Of a stretch of DNA of 64,000 nucleotides, positions 42,750 to 55,464 are shown piece after piece (positions within the stretch are counted from its first letter, which is position 1; every line of letters begins with the position of its first letter). The stretch covers positions 122,822,001 through 122,886,000 of the forward strand of contig OZ024741.1 of the NCBI GenBank assembly GCA_964016885.1. The letters are read 5' to 3'. The notes beneath the pieces were generated by a model. The model saw nothing but the letters and a program-made list of their open reading frames with translations. It was not told where the DNA came from and did not search any database. The position numbers were made by a program, and so were the translations under genes. This DNA is from Eledone cirrhosa (taxonomy: Eukaryota).

Positions 42750-42909
42750 ACGCCAGCATAAGAGCAAGAAGGAAAAGTTAATTCTACTGACATGGCTATA
42801 AAATTGAGGCTTGTTTGCATAATTGCAAACGAATCGAATATTATTATTAATATTCGAAAAACTCAGATTACATATATATATATATGTAGGAGGTGAGTTT
42901 TATTGTAGT

Positions 42910-42950
<41 letters not shown>

Positions 42951-43020
42951 AAATGTCTGTAATCCTTGGTACAGTTAGGTATATTAAGACAGGGGGGAAG
43001 AAAAAATGGCTTCACTTGTG

Positions 43021-43193
43021 CTTTCAACAAATTTATTTTCTTCACAAAATCCAAAAAGAATTTTTCTTAAAAAATTATTTTATAAATTAAGTTGTTGGTT
43101 GTTGGTAACCAACAACCAACAACTTAATTTATAAAATAATTTTTTAATAAAAATTCTTTTTGGATTTTGTGAAGAAAATAAATTTGTGGAAAG
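43021..43193. repeat. Near-perfect 173-bp palindrome with essentially no spacer
   Basis: Centre ggtAacc at 43107; arms pair out to ctttc/gaaag. Confidence 0.93.
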
Positions 43194-43506
43194 GTTCCTT
43201 CGGATGATAAATCGGAAGTCAACAATATGTAAGTGACATTGAAATATTTCGACCGAGGGAAATACCCAGTCTAGCATTCAACTCGGGACATAATGGAATG
43301 TAGTCAACTGGAACTGTAATCTTGAATATTAAATTAACGTTATAGAGAGTCATTATATCGTATCCGTGCTATTAATATGCATATACTTACTCACAGAAGC
43401 AACATACTCACGCTCCCAGCAGACGCAAACACTTGCACACACACAAATATATATATAACACCCAAAACTCTTTCCAAACTATATAAGGAACACTTGTGAT
43501 TGTTTA

Positions 43507-43546
43507 TGCCCTTGAGAAGCCCAACTGGGCGAAACGTACGTAGGTG
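43507..43546 (+). ncRNA. Non-canonical minimal hammerhead-like motif (PLE pLTR remnant)
   Basis: GCC-CTTGAGAA-GCCC aact GGGC-GAAAC-GTAC-GTA-GGT, AATAAA at 43555-43560. Confidence 0.5.
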
Positions 43547-43759
43547 ATATTTTCAATAAACATGTTTTAACGGTCTATTCTCCGATTTTTCACTTTCCCA
43601 CGTGCTTACGCTCTGCTAACTCTCTAGCCCACTAAATATTAACACTTCGAATATTTAATACTGCCGGCACTAGTATCGAGCACCTTTGGCATACGCTACT
43701 TGGCAAATAACTATATGTATCACCTATCCCTCCTTTTTTTCTCTCTTTCTCGATACGTA

Positions 43760-43840
<81 letters not shown>

Positions 43841-44302
43841 CAGATATATATATACACACACATATATGTATATATATATATACACACATCAATGTATTCT
43901 ATATAAAGTAAAAGATTAATAAGTGGGTGCCACATTCGATAAAGTATCGACACCACCCATCATATATATATATATAAATAAATATATATGTATAGTAATA
44001 ATAATAGTAATAATAATAAATTTGAAGACTATACCATAAACGTGGTTTTGTCTTTTGCGCGTAATTGTTTTTCACCGCTCCAAATAATGACGTATTATAT
44101 TCGTTTTTTTCCCGTTCTTTGCCAGGGAACGTTTTCACGAACCAAAGTATCGTCTTCCTGTCTTCCTCCGGTTGCAAGGTTTTTTGAAATATTCACTTTT
44201 GCATTCACAGATTGACTTTGTTAGTTTCAGAAGATCCCGTTAAGGGTGAAAGCAGCGATTCTTTGCTTAACTTTAATCTGTTATTTTAATAAATATATAT
44301 AT

Positions 44303-44412
<110 letters not shown>

Positions 44413-44484
44413 GGTGTTGGATGCTTAAAGCGTCCGTATGCGGTAGGCCGTATGAGCACTCGATGGCCTCGTAGAGCGAGTATG

Positions 44485-44642
44485 ATATCACAGAAAAAAG
44501 AGAATCAGTGTTGCGACGAAAGGAATTTATTGGACACATTACAATTGTTTCTCGGGCGACCAGCTCGAGGCCCGAGAAACAATTGTAATATGTCCAATAA
44601 ATTCCTTTCGTCGCAACACTGATTCTCTTTTTTCTGTGATAT
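44485..44642. repeat. Palindrome containing the 3' half of a minimal hammerhead
   Basis: Arms ~73 bp around loop gaccagctcgag; right arm reads GCCCGA-GAAAC-AATT-GTA-atatgtcc-AATAAA. Confidence 0.9.
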
Positions 44643-44806
44643 ATATATATATATATATTAAAATAACAGATTAAAGTTTAAGCAAAGAATCGATCGCTGC
44701 TTAAACATTTGCTCTAGTGTTCTTCTATATTTGATATATATTTATCCTCATCGAGTCCTCTTTGGATTTTAGTCTTCACATTTATTATTATTACTCTCTC
44801 TCTCTT

Positions 44807-44904
<98 letters not shown>

Positions 44905-44915
44905 TATATATACAT

Positions 44916-44956
<41 letters not shown>

Positions 44957-44958
<2 letters not shown>

Positions 44959-47900
44959 GAAAGGATGAATATAAAATGAAAGTGCTTTTTTTTAAAAAGG
45001 AATTTATTAGGTATTGACATATGTTTCTGTAACAGACTGAATACCTATGTATCGCTGCTTGCGTAATCATATAATGTTAGCAAGTATTCGATAGCAAATG
45101 TATAATCAGTTGTCACTTCTTCAGAGATTTTGGATAAATTGGATAAAATCAGAAAAATTGAAGTATTTATATTAGTAATAGAGGAAGAAACAGAGGGGAT
45201 AGTATATGACAGATGGTAAATTAATTTACTGCTAAACAAGTATAAAATGGGTTTCTAATGAGAATACCATGAGTAAATCTAAATAAGAATTTTGGGAGTG
45301 CCAATTTTAATCTCTACTTGACCAACTGGACGGTGGACAGGGCTGGTCATTTGGTGCAGTAGTATAAAGTGTCAATTGGGGAAGGGGGAGATTTCGATTG
45401 CTACTAAATAACATCAATGCTAGTAGCCAGCTGGTATATGCATTAGGGAATTGAATCAAGAAATCAGAAATCTCATTTTATCTATAGCAGTTTGTATTAA
45501 AAGGTAAATAATAGAAGAGTTGATAGAATTAAGACTAATAAAGAATGTTAATATCAATTTTTACAATCAAACGGGGATAGAGACAGGCGTTCAATCCTGG
45601 TAGTATTTATAATATGAAAATGTAGATTTTAAGCGATGGTTACAGTATAACGATCGCTCTATTCTGTTATTTAATAAAATGTTTTTGGATTTCATAATAC
45701 AAAATAATTCTACATTACATAAGTTACAAAATTCCTGTCCATGGGAATATGGGGGGAGGGCATGCTCTATTATATCCCATTTTAGGTGAAATTGTTGGTT
45801 ATTTTCACGCAGCTGCCAAGCCTTGTCTGCGAGTGTTGTTACATAACGCTGGTTTTCATTTATCGAGTAACGATGTCTATAAAGGCGTGATTTGAAGGAG
45901 GTGGCTGTAGATCCCACATAGTACCACTTCTGTCTATCCGATTCGATAGTACATTTGTATACGATGTTGCGTTCAAGACACTGATTGTTCAACGGACACA
46001 TTCCTGGTTGGACACAGTTGTAATTATAATTTTGCGTTGTTGTATTGCCATGGATGGGTTGATGAGGTTGCTTATGTAGGACAGGATGTTGTTTGTTGTT
46101 TTGTGATGTTATAGCTAATGTTTTACGTGTATTGTTATGTGTTGGAAGGCGTTTATACAACCGTTTTGCGTTAAGCCTATTTTATATGTTGTTCAATATT
46201 AGGGGCGGTTGAATATGAAAGTCGAATAGTGTTAGGGTTTAAGATTTTATTATATTTATGTGATGTTGGAAAGTGTTTTTTAACTAATCGAAAGAATTTT
46301 GAGGGTAGATTGGTTTTAATAGAGTTGTTATAGACCGGGTTGTACCAAATATACTCCTTACATCGCCTTCTGTTTGGTGGTGTGCGACTATTATTGTGTC
46401 TAGTGCGGTGGTGATTCTGTGCTATTTCTACTCCTATGGGATTTATTTTGGGTGTTTTGGTGATCTTTGACTATATACTCTATATTATCTAGGTGACCGG
46501 CTTTCCTAAGTGCATCATCATAATATTCGGCATGTTCTTTGAAGGTTTGTTGGTTGGACGACAGGCGGGAGATTCTAAGAGAAACATTTCTAGGGATGGA
46601 TTTAATTATAGAGAGTGGATGGTTAGAACTCGTATTTACATATTTAAGGTTCTCATTTAGTTTATGGAACGGTTTAATCGTATCTGTATTGAGATTGAAA
46701 GTAACATCAAGGAAATTGACCTCTTTGAGGTTATATTCAAATGTAATATTTAATCCTAGTTCCTTAAAAAGCTTTCTGATATTTTTACGCATCCTTTCTA
46801 AATTCTGGTTATTCATATGCTTAACTAATAGGAGCGCATCGTCACGGTAGATTCCACCGTGGAGATCCTTGAATTTTCCTTGTAATCTGTGGGTGATATA
46901 AATTCCCACAAGATCTGTTACTTCCGCCGAATCATTAGAACCCATAGTGATATCAAAATTAGAAGGTCTATCTTTGCGAACCCAGTAGCTATCATCGAAT
47001 TTAACTATAGTTTTCCTCGCTTCCATAATAATTTTAATTTCAGCATCCGTAAGGTCGGAATTATCCTTAGCGAACGAAAGAGCTTCATGTAGAGTATCAG
47101 GTGAAATTGAGGAATAATATTCATCAATATGAAACTGAATAAATTTTGTTTTTTCCTTATCAGTAATGTTATTAAACCATCGTATTGCTTCATGAGTGTT
47201 ACCCCATAGTTTAATCTCTACTTTAACCTTAACTTGGGGGATAATTCTGTCTAGTATATATTTGCTAATTTTGCCTATATCAGATTTAGAGGGGCATATA
47301 AGTCTAATATTAGGGTTAGTATCGAAGTTTACCCTGTGGTCCTTCAGGTTGAAGGATGGTATAGCTGGTGTTAAGGGTTGCGTTCTATCATCAATACAAA
47401 GTTTTTTAACAATATCACATGCCGAGTTGTTGATGTTTTTAAATGTAGCTTCATTAGTTTTCCTGTATTTTTTATGCAATTCCTTACGGATGAAGTTATT
47501 GTAAGTGTCCACATCCATGGTATATACGTTTGATGTTTTGTCTGCTCTAACAATAATTCCATTGGCGTTTTTTAGATTATTGAGCAGTGCCGTGATGTCA
47601 TTCTGTAGTTTATTGTTCTTCCGTTTTGTAAATTTGATCTCCATGATCATATCCATTAGGTCTTGTTCAAATGCATCCAAAAGTGGGTTTGAGGGTGGGT
47701 TCTTGTAAGATTTAAATCCAAATTTATCCTTGTTAAGATCCGATGTTTGGTTTATACGGCTTTTGTCAAAATGGAATGTTTTCCATCTGATTCGTCGAAT
47801 AAAATCATTGGTCCTTCGTATCATACCTAGAATATATTCCCTTTTTGCCTGAATAGGTATGTTTTTTAACGACATATCCAATTGGTGCCTTTCCATTTTA

Positions 47901-48345
47901 GAGGCGTATGCTGAATTAGTTGCTCAACTGTATAGGAGATTAATAAAATTTCAGGTTATCAATAATGTAGTGATAATATATCGTTACGTTAGAGATGAAC
48001 AGCGTACGTGCAGGTTTGCTCAACGAGTATAAATTATATTCCGGAGAAAATGTAGAAAGGATGAATATAAAATGAAAGTGCTTTTTTTAAAAAAGGAATT
48101 TATTAGGTATTGACATATGTTTCTGTAACAGACTGAATACCTATGTATCGCTGCTTGCGTAATCATATAATGTTAGCAAGTAATCATATAATGTTAGCAA
48201 GTATTTTAAAAAAAGCACTTTCATTTTATATTCATCCTTTCTACATTTTCTCCGGAATATAATTTATACTCGTTGAGCAAACCTGCACGTACGCTGTTCA
48301 TCTCTAACGTAACGATATATTATCACTACATTATTGATAACCTGA

Positions 48346-48352
<7 letters not shown>
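44957..48352 (-). mobile_element. Near full-length Naiad-type Penelope-like element with direct and inverted pseudo-LTRs, inserted in (TA)n
   Basis: Direct repeat 44957-45086 / 48053-48182; 48204-48352 is the reverse complement of ~47944-48092; (TA)n on both sides. Confidence 0.9.
45591..47896 (-). pseudogene. Naiad-type PLE polyprotein (RT + GIY-YIG), about 2 frameshifts
   Basis: N-terminal SLKNIP, RIRWK, FGFKS, ADKTSN; RT motifs QFHIDEYYSSI (catalytic D>H), FDITMGSNDSAE, GIYRDD, NFLDV; linker IWYNPVY..KHFP..LSYS in another frame (46180-46400); EN NCxxxxxCPLxxxC..IVY..YVGST..CNLC..CNH. Confidence 0.9.
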
Positions 48353-48416
<64 letters not shown>

Positions 48417-49849
48417 ACGATAGATAGATATATACATGCATTACTTTGAGAGAGACAAAGGAAGAATGAATGAGATTGACACAAAGATAAATAACTAGAT
48501 AGATATTTGTGTTTGCGTGTCTTAGTGTGTAGGCTTGTCTGTAGTTTTGTGTCTGCGTGTATATGTATGTGTGCGCGCAAGTCTGTACACAATGCTGATT
48601 TCATATATATTTATAAGTAGTCGTGAGATTGGAATTTCATTATATTAGCTCTTTCTGAAGTAAACGAAATCAGTTTAATGTGACTTGTGTTTTTAGAGTG
48701 AGACATCAAATGATATAATATTCATAAAATACATCCCTTAGACGAATAAAAATAAAAGAAGCATTAAAAGTAGGAGCCATAAATATTTCTTATGTGTGAG
48801 GAGGAGACGAGGAATGTCTTGTTGAAACTATTTGATAAAGATCTGAGAGCAACATGGCTATCGACTGAACTAACCGACTACATGACAACGTTCATTTACT
48901 CATGGTGTTATATAAAACAGACGCTATCAAATTTAGTAAGAACTCTGTCTATTTAACAATCGACATACATCAGTTAACATTCGAGTCAGTCTGCTTTTCA
49001 GTCGTTCAACTTTTTGTGAATTTAATTGAAAATTCCATAAATGAATAGTGTAATTCTGGTATAAAATGAATATTAAAAAGAAAAATATAAAAAAAGCAAT
49101 ATTTATGGCGTCTTGCTAGACATGGGAAGTAAATCTCAAAAAGAATCCCAGATGGTCCCATTCAGAGAGATATTGAGGTGGCTGAGAAAGATATGTTCTT
49201 TTTCTTCTAAATCAGGAGTTAGGCTTGCTGTTCATATGATAGGCTTCATACTAATCAAAGGATCCATTCTGAGACAATGTTTTAGGAACACGCACACACT
49301 TACACATACACACACACTCAATCACACACACTCACACACAAACACACACACATATATATATATACATATATATTACATACGCACACTACTGAAAAACAAA
49401 AGAAACACTATAAGAAAAAAACATCTTAATATATATTTCTCACTTCTATTACATAATTCTTTCGCATATCTCAAAACATTATGTGGTTCTATATTCAATC
49501 CATTGTTTCCATTTTCATTCGTTTAATTTCATATTTTACTTTGGTTGTTTAGCGTAAATAGAATTTCTGTGAAAACTAATGTCTGTTTTTTTCCAGATAT
49601 TTTACAGTTTTTAATATAACTTATGTGTGTATCTTTAGCTATTTTGGATGTGCTCGCTGTTACTAACGGGAGAAAATACATATTTTTCAACTTGTAGTAG
49701 TTTAGTAAAGCTAATAGCCAGTGAAAATTACTGCATAAAGTGTAGATGCAGCATGGGGAATTATTTAAGAGGTTCGCAATCAGAAGAACTCAGTGTTATT
49801 GTGTGAAGTTTTGAGTAAGTATTGTTTGCTATAGAGTGGTGTATTTGCA

Positions 49850-50020
49850 GTATCGATAGAGCATCATACAGCATGCTTTGCAGCATAACGTTATTGCTCT
49901 TTACGCTCGGAGCTCAAATCCCGCCGAGGTTATCTTTGCTTTTCATCCTTACGGGGTCGATAAAATAAAGTACCAGTAATGCACTGGGGTAATTACTGGC
50001 CATGTGCCAAAAGTAGAAAC
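49850..50020 (+). mobile_element. SINE family A
   Basis: gagctcaaatcccgccgaggtt..cggggtcgataaaataaagtaccagtaatgcactgg..gtagaaaca. Confidence 0.85.
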
Positions 50021-51629
50021 ATTTCCTTACTATAGTCTGGGATTGACCAATGCCTTGTCGACGAAAACTATTTGGAAGCCTGTCGAATGGACTGCAGCTG
50101 TAAACCGAAGGACGAGCCATGTCACACTGTGTCATCATGAATATCCACGAGAATGACCTTACTGACACATACGTCTGTAGAATACTCAGCCACTTGCACG
50201 TTAATTTCACAAATAGGCTTCTACGATGATCAAACCAATAGAATATACTTCCATTCCATTCCTTTCATTCCATCTATTCCACTGACATAATTGTCTTACT
50301 ACAAGTACAGGAAAAATGCATTCAGACAAAACAAAAAAGCATATTTGCCCCTATAATGGAATATCGATAAAAAGAGTTTTGCTAATTTACTATACCAGTA
50401 GAACATAATAACTTCATTTTCTTCCAAAATTGGTTCCCCAAAATGAATTGTTTTCCATTCATAGATATATGTCTTAGCCGAATGTTAGATCAGACTGAAG
50501 AAACGAGGTTTCATATTTTTCTTCTATTGCAGGTGCATCCAGTCGTTCGCAACTCCTAGTAGAAGGATGCGTGGTTTGAACTCAGAACGCAGACAACAGG
50601 GTCAGATAAAAGAATGCATGCCGCCCAACTCTTTAATCAATCCACAATCTCACCACTTCTTGAATAGTACTTATTTTATTGACTCCGTGAAGCGGCAAAG
50701 TTGACCTCGACGGGATTTGAGCTTGAGCGCAGAGGGCCCAATCAAACCCCAAGAGACCGTTCAAATTTGCCTATAATAGATATATGTATATATGTATGTA
50801 TGTATGTATCCGTGACTTCTGATGGCGTTGTAGGGGTGCTGAAGAGATATACAGCATACCTTGGGCATTTTTTTAAAACCAGCTGGCACCCATGCTCTCC
50901 ATGTGCAAAAACAACCAATTTTATTAAGTGAAATGATGAAAGGCAAAGTTCACTGCGGCGGGATTTGAGCTAACAGCACAGAGACCCGGAACAATACCGC
51001 CAAGCATTCGAAATTGATTCCATCTGTATTTGTTAGCCAGGAGGAATCATCTGTTCGATTCAAAAGAGAGGGCAATGGTTTAGTGGTTTATATCAGTACA
51101 GCGTGGCAGCAATAATCATAGTGAAACTCAAGAAAAAACAGTAAAGGAATCTAAAAAATAAGAACAAAAACTAAAAAAGCCTATTGATATTAATGAAACA
51201 GACACCAGTGAATCATATCAGCTAGACCTTATACTTTATGACTGTCATATGAGTGTGTCCATATCAGTTAGACTCTAAAACCAGCATCTATCGCTAAATG
51301 CATAGAAATGTATACAGGTCAAAGTTAGAATAAATTGAAAGACATTGATAAAACTAAAAATAGAATTGGAAAATAAGGAGGAGAACGAAATAAGGATTTG
51401 ATTTTGGTAAAATCATTGGAAGCTGTAGCTCAGTAACGAGAAAAGAAAGTTAAGAAGAAAACCACATTAAAGAGAAGTATAATGACCTAGGTAGGGAAGT
51501 AAAGATAAATTGACAAAAAGATGGGTTGAAGGCCAGTATGAAGCCGTAGAATGTGCTGTAACAAGAAAGGATTCAATAAGAGTATATAGTGTACTCAAGC
51601 AATTAGAGTGGAATGGAAGTAATCAAAAG

Positions 51630-51820
51630 AACGTCGGACATGTTTTACGAAATAGCGCCACAGCCCTTTACGTTCTGAATTCAAATCCCGCCGACGTTAG
51701 CTTTACCTTACATCCTAACGGTTTCGATAATATAGATTACCAGTAACACACAGGGGTTGATTTGATTAACATTCCCCTTCCTTTCAAATTATTGACCTTG
51801 TGCCAAAAGTAGAAACAATT
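51630..51820 (+). mobile_element. SINE family A (older variant)
   Basis: gaattcaaatcccgccgacgttagcttt..ccttgtgccaaaagtagaaacaat; similar copies at ~24750, 32555, 50665, 55965, 56080, 57300, 62710. Confidence 0.75.
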
Positions 51821-52173
51821 ATTTCAATAAATATAGTGCGGATGCTCTTTTGTATACTATTCGTTCATCGTGTAAACAATAACTATGATAATGTATATTT
51901 CTCTAAATAATCTCTTCTTATGTATAACGCACCCAACTCAGAAATAATGATCACTATTATTAAATTTATAAAATTTAATAAATTTTTTTTTTTCAGTTAC
52001 AGGTAGGATAGATAGAAAATAACTATGTGTAAATGATGCATTGTTCGACAAATACATCATTAGTCGGAAGCGGAAGTAATGAGTAAACGCATCATAGACA
52101 ACGGGCTTCTAATCGGGCTCTTTTGGTTACAAACGAATCGAATATTATTATTTATGTTTGATATAACCCATAC

Positions 52174-52226
<53 letters not shown>

Positions 52227-52232
52227 CATATG

Positions 52233-52338
<106 letters not shown>

Positions 52339-52402
52339 TGTACGTATGCATACTTACTTTTAAGTATCAGCTGTGCTAGAGCGAGAAATAAAATCTTATA
52401 TA

Positions 52403-52473
<71 letters not shown>

Positions 52474-53344
52474 GTGTGTGTGTGTGTGTATACATGCGTC
52501 ACACGAATTGCCTATGTTCTATATTTAGAATAACAAAATACTTTATTTTTTATTCAAATGTTCTTAGTAGTAAGCAATTTCTTGGCTGTACTTGAGAAAG
52601 AACATTGACTAATGTTACCTATATTGTATAATTCGCAGGTATATACTTGTATTATGACATCAATACAATGCCATATATGTTTTAAGAGTATACTTTAAAG
52701 CTGATGCCTTCCTCAAAAATGTCAGTTGGAAAGGTTATGTGAAAATGCTTGGAAAGTTGAAAAAATAAATCGATGCATCTGGAATGTATCTCATACTCTC
52801 TAGTACTCGTCTTACAAATATGTAATCAATATCTGGCGAACACTCTAGTAAAAAGTCATATTACTGCAAAATGAACCAACAACACTATTTCACATTCAGA
52901 ATGTAATTCATCACATCATATTGCATAGCAAAATTTATGCGGTAAATTATTGAAAGTTACTGGATCTCCTTTCTACCTAATATGTCCGGGGTATCATTAA
53001 CCTGTCTATAAGAAATCAATATTTAATGAACACAAACAATAAAGAAAAATTATACGTTTTCGAAATCATAGCTTATTAGGGTTTCTTTCCCCACATTCTG
53101 GGAACTAGAGTTTCTAAAACTCGAAGTTAATTCTTTGTTCTTTTTTTCAATGTGTATATATTCATTTGACTACAGATCTGCTGAGGCACCGTCTTTATTT
53201 AGCCAATCATATCGAGCACAGTAATTATATTTTTAAATATGGTAATTATTTTATTGGTCCCTTCTTGTCTCGCTGCTGCATTACAGTATATATACACTGA
53301 TACAGACGAATACACACTCCCATACAGACGAATACACACTCACA

Positions 53345-53475
53345 TACAGAAACACGACGGTCTTCCGCAGTTCGACTTAAGGTCGAAGGCACTTGCCCAA
53401 AGTGTTGCGAAGTGGGACTGAATCCAGAACCGTATAGTTGCGAAGCGACTTTATTAACCACACAGCCATGGCTGC
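53345..53475 (-). mobile_element. tRNA-derived SINE 5' part (family B-related)
   Basis: Sense A-box tggctgtgtgg, B-box-like ggattcagtccc, then tttgggcaagtg. Confidence 0.7.
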
Positions 53476-54156
53476 ACTTATTTATATTTAGGGGAGAAAT
53501 ATCTCCCTGTTCTCTGTCCCTGTTTCCAGTTAATTCAACGGATACGTGATACGACAAAGATCACATCTTATGCTACTACTGCTGTTAAATTTAGGACCAG
53601 TCCACGACATGTCCCTTACTGCTCCTTACTCTCTTGACTCCTAAAGTAGAACGTTATCTGCAATTAAAATATATAAATAAAATGAATAGTTGTCGAAATT
53701 GTTTATAAATAAAAGTTAATAGTTGTCAAAATTGTTTATAATTTCATGGGTCTCCGTCCGTTTCGATGACTAGTGTTTCAGTTGGCCGGTCAACAGGATA
53801 TGAAAATAATATTTAAGTCGTCGAGTATTCCACAGAGACATACTTTTAAGTTACACTCAGAGAGATTTCAGGGAAATACAGTGAATAACAAGGCTAGCGC
53901 CTTCAATTACAGGTACCGAGTCAAAAAGGCTTCAAAACAGTTTCTATCTCCCCAGTTTTAATCACCAGCCTTAGCATTACCAGCGGCTATGGTAAATAAC
54001 ACTTACCCAAGATTCCACACACTGGAATGGAACCCGGGATCGAATGACTACAAAATAAATAATCGGTTACGATGTATCCACAATTTCTATATAGGGCTAA
54101 GCTAAAACTCTGCACACACACTCAAGCGCACGTAAACACATTTACACACACACACG

Positions 54157-54190
<34 letters not shown>

Positions 54191-54342
54191 GGGTTTCTTC
54201 TCACTCCTTATCTTTCTATTTCATCTCTTATTCCTCATTCTATCTTCTTATGTACACCAAGTGTCTGAAAGATTAAAACTCTTTTTCCTATTATTTATTC
54301 ATTGTATTCTGTTGTTTGCTTTGCTGTTCCTGTTTAATGTTT

Positions 54343-54380
<38 letters not shown>

Positions 54381-55274
54381 TTATCTATATCAGATTCGTA
54401 ACAACAGTGATGTTGTAATGTTGCTCAACTTTACATTTTCTTATTAATTAATTCAATCTCAGGTTTTGGGAGATCAATTATTTCACATTCGGAGATTGGA
54501 AGCAAAATTTTGTTTATGATCTTTAAGTGTGATATATATTCATTGCCTTTAGCTAGCCATTGTAATCTATTGTCTAATATAAATGTATGAGCTATATTTC
54601 TGCCTCCATAATTACCTTATTATAAATATGTACGTTATCTGCATACTAATCTGTAAACTATATAAATCTCGAATCATACATCTTTGTTAACTGTTGCCAC
54701 ATCGTAAAGCCTTGGAACATCATAACTAATCTTGATTGAATGAATCAACCTTTACCTATTTACAATCGGCAATCACACAGCCTTCGTGTTTCCATCGCCT
54801 CTCTTTACTCACTAATTGATACGTTTCATCGCACAATATTTCATAACTGTACACACTTTGATATTGTGAAAACTTCATCGTTCGTTCTATGTTCATTTTC
54901 CACGTGACGAAATGCATTAATACTTAGCTGCTTATCAAGAACCCCCATACTCTCTTTATATTCTTCATCTCCATACACTTTATAATACAGGATATTTATT
55001 CTTTCCTTCTTTTATTCATTTACTCGTTTCAGTTATTAGGCTGCGGCCATGATGGGGCAGCCGGTTGAATAGACTCTAGTACTCTAGATTTAAATTCTAG
55101 TACTTATCTTATCGATCACAATTTTGTCGAACCTTTAAGCTACGGGTCATAAAAAACTGTAAAGGAAACCACAGACAGAGGCACACACATATACATATTG
55201 CTACGGCAGGCTTCTACACAGTTTCCGTCAACAAAATTTTATTCGCAAGGCATTGGTGAATTTGAAGTTATAAT

Positions 55275-55464
55275 TGTTTTCTACTTTAGGCACAAGGCCA
55301 GCAATTACCCAGTGCATTACTGGTACTTTATTTTATCGACCCCGTAAGGATGAAAGGCAAAGTTAACCTCGGCGGGATTTGAACTCAGATCGTAAAGGGA
55401 CGTAACTATGCTGGAAAGCATGGCGTCCGACCCTCTACCGATACTGCCAATCCACCGTCGATTA
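55275..55464 (-). mobile_element. Full-length SINE family A with 16-bp TSD, nested in an older SINE (~55015-55540)
   Basis: TSD aatttgaagttataat at 55259-55274 and 55465-55480; sense A-box-like tggcagtatcgg and B-box gagttcaaatccc. Confidence 0.92.

Larger units (their letters stand above)
41672..42872. mobile_element. Hammerhead-bearing ~404-bp non-coding repeat: two tandem minus units plus one inverted plus unit (non-LTR retrozyme-like or non-autonomous PLE)
   Basis: Core tcatcag at 41874-41880 and 42278-42284 (404 bp apart); ctgatga at 42701-42707; whole array bounded by (TA)n. Confidence 0.82.

Noticed and set aside
45591-47896. Selenoprotein (in-frame UGA) version of Naiad
   Set aside because: The ORF breaks are frameshifts ending at TAG/TAA; no in-frame TGA at Cys positions was seen in the translated segments.
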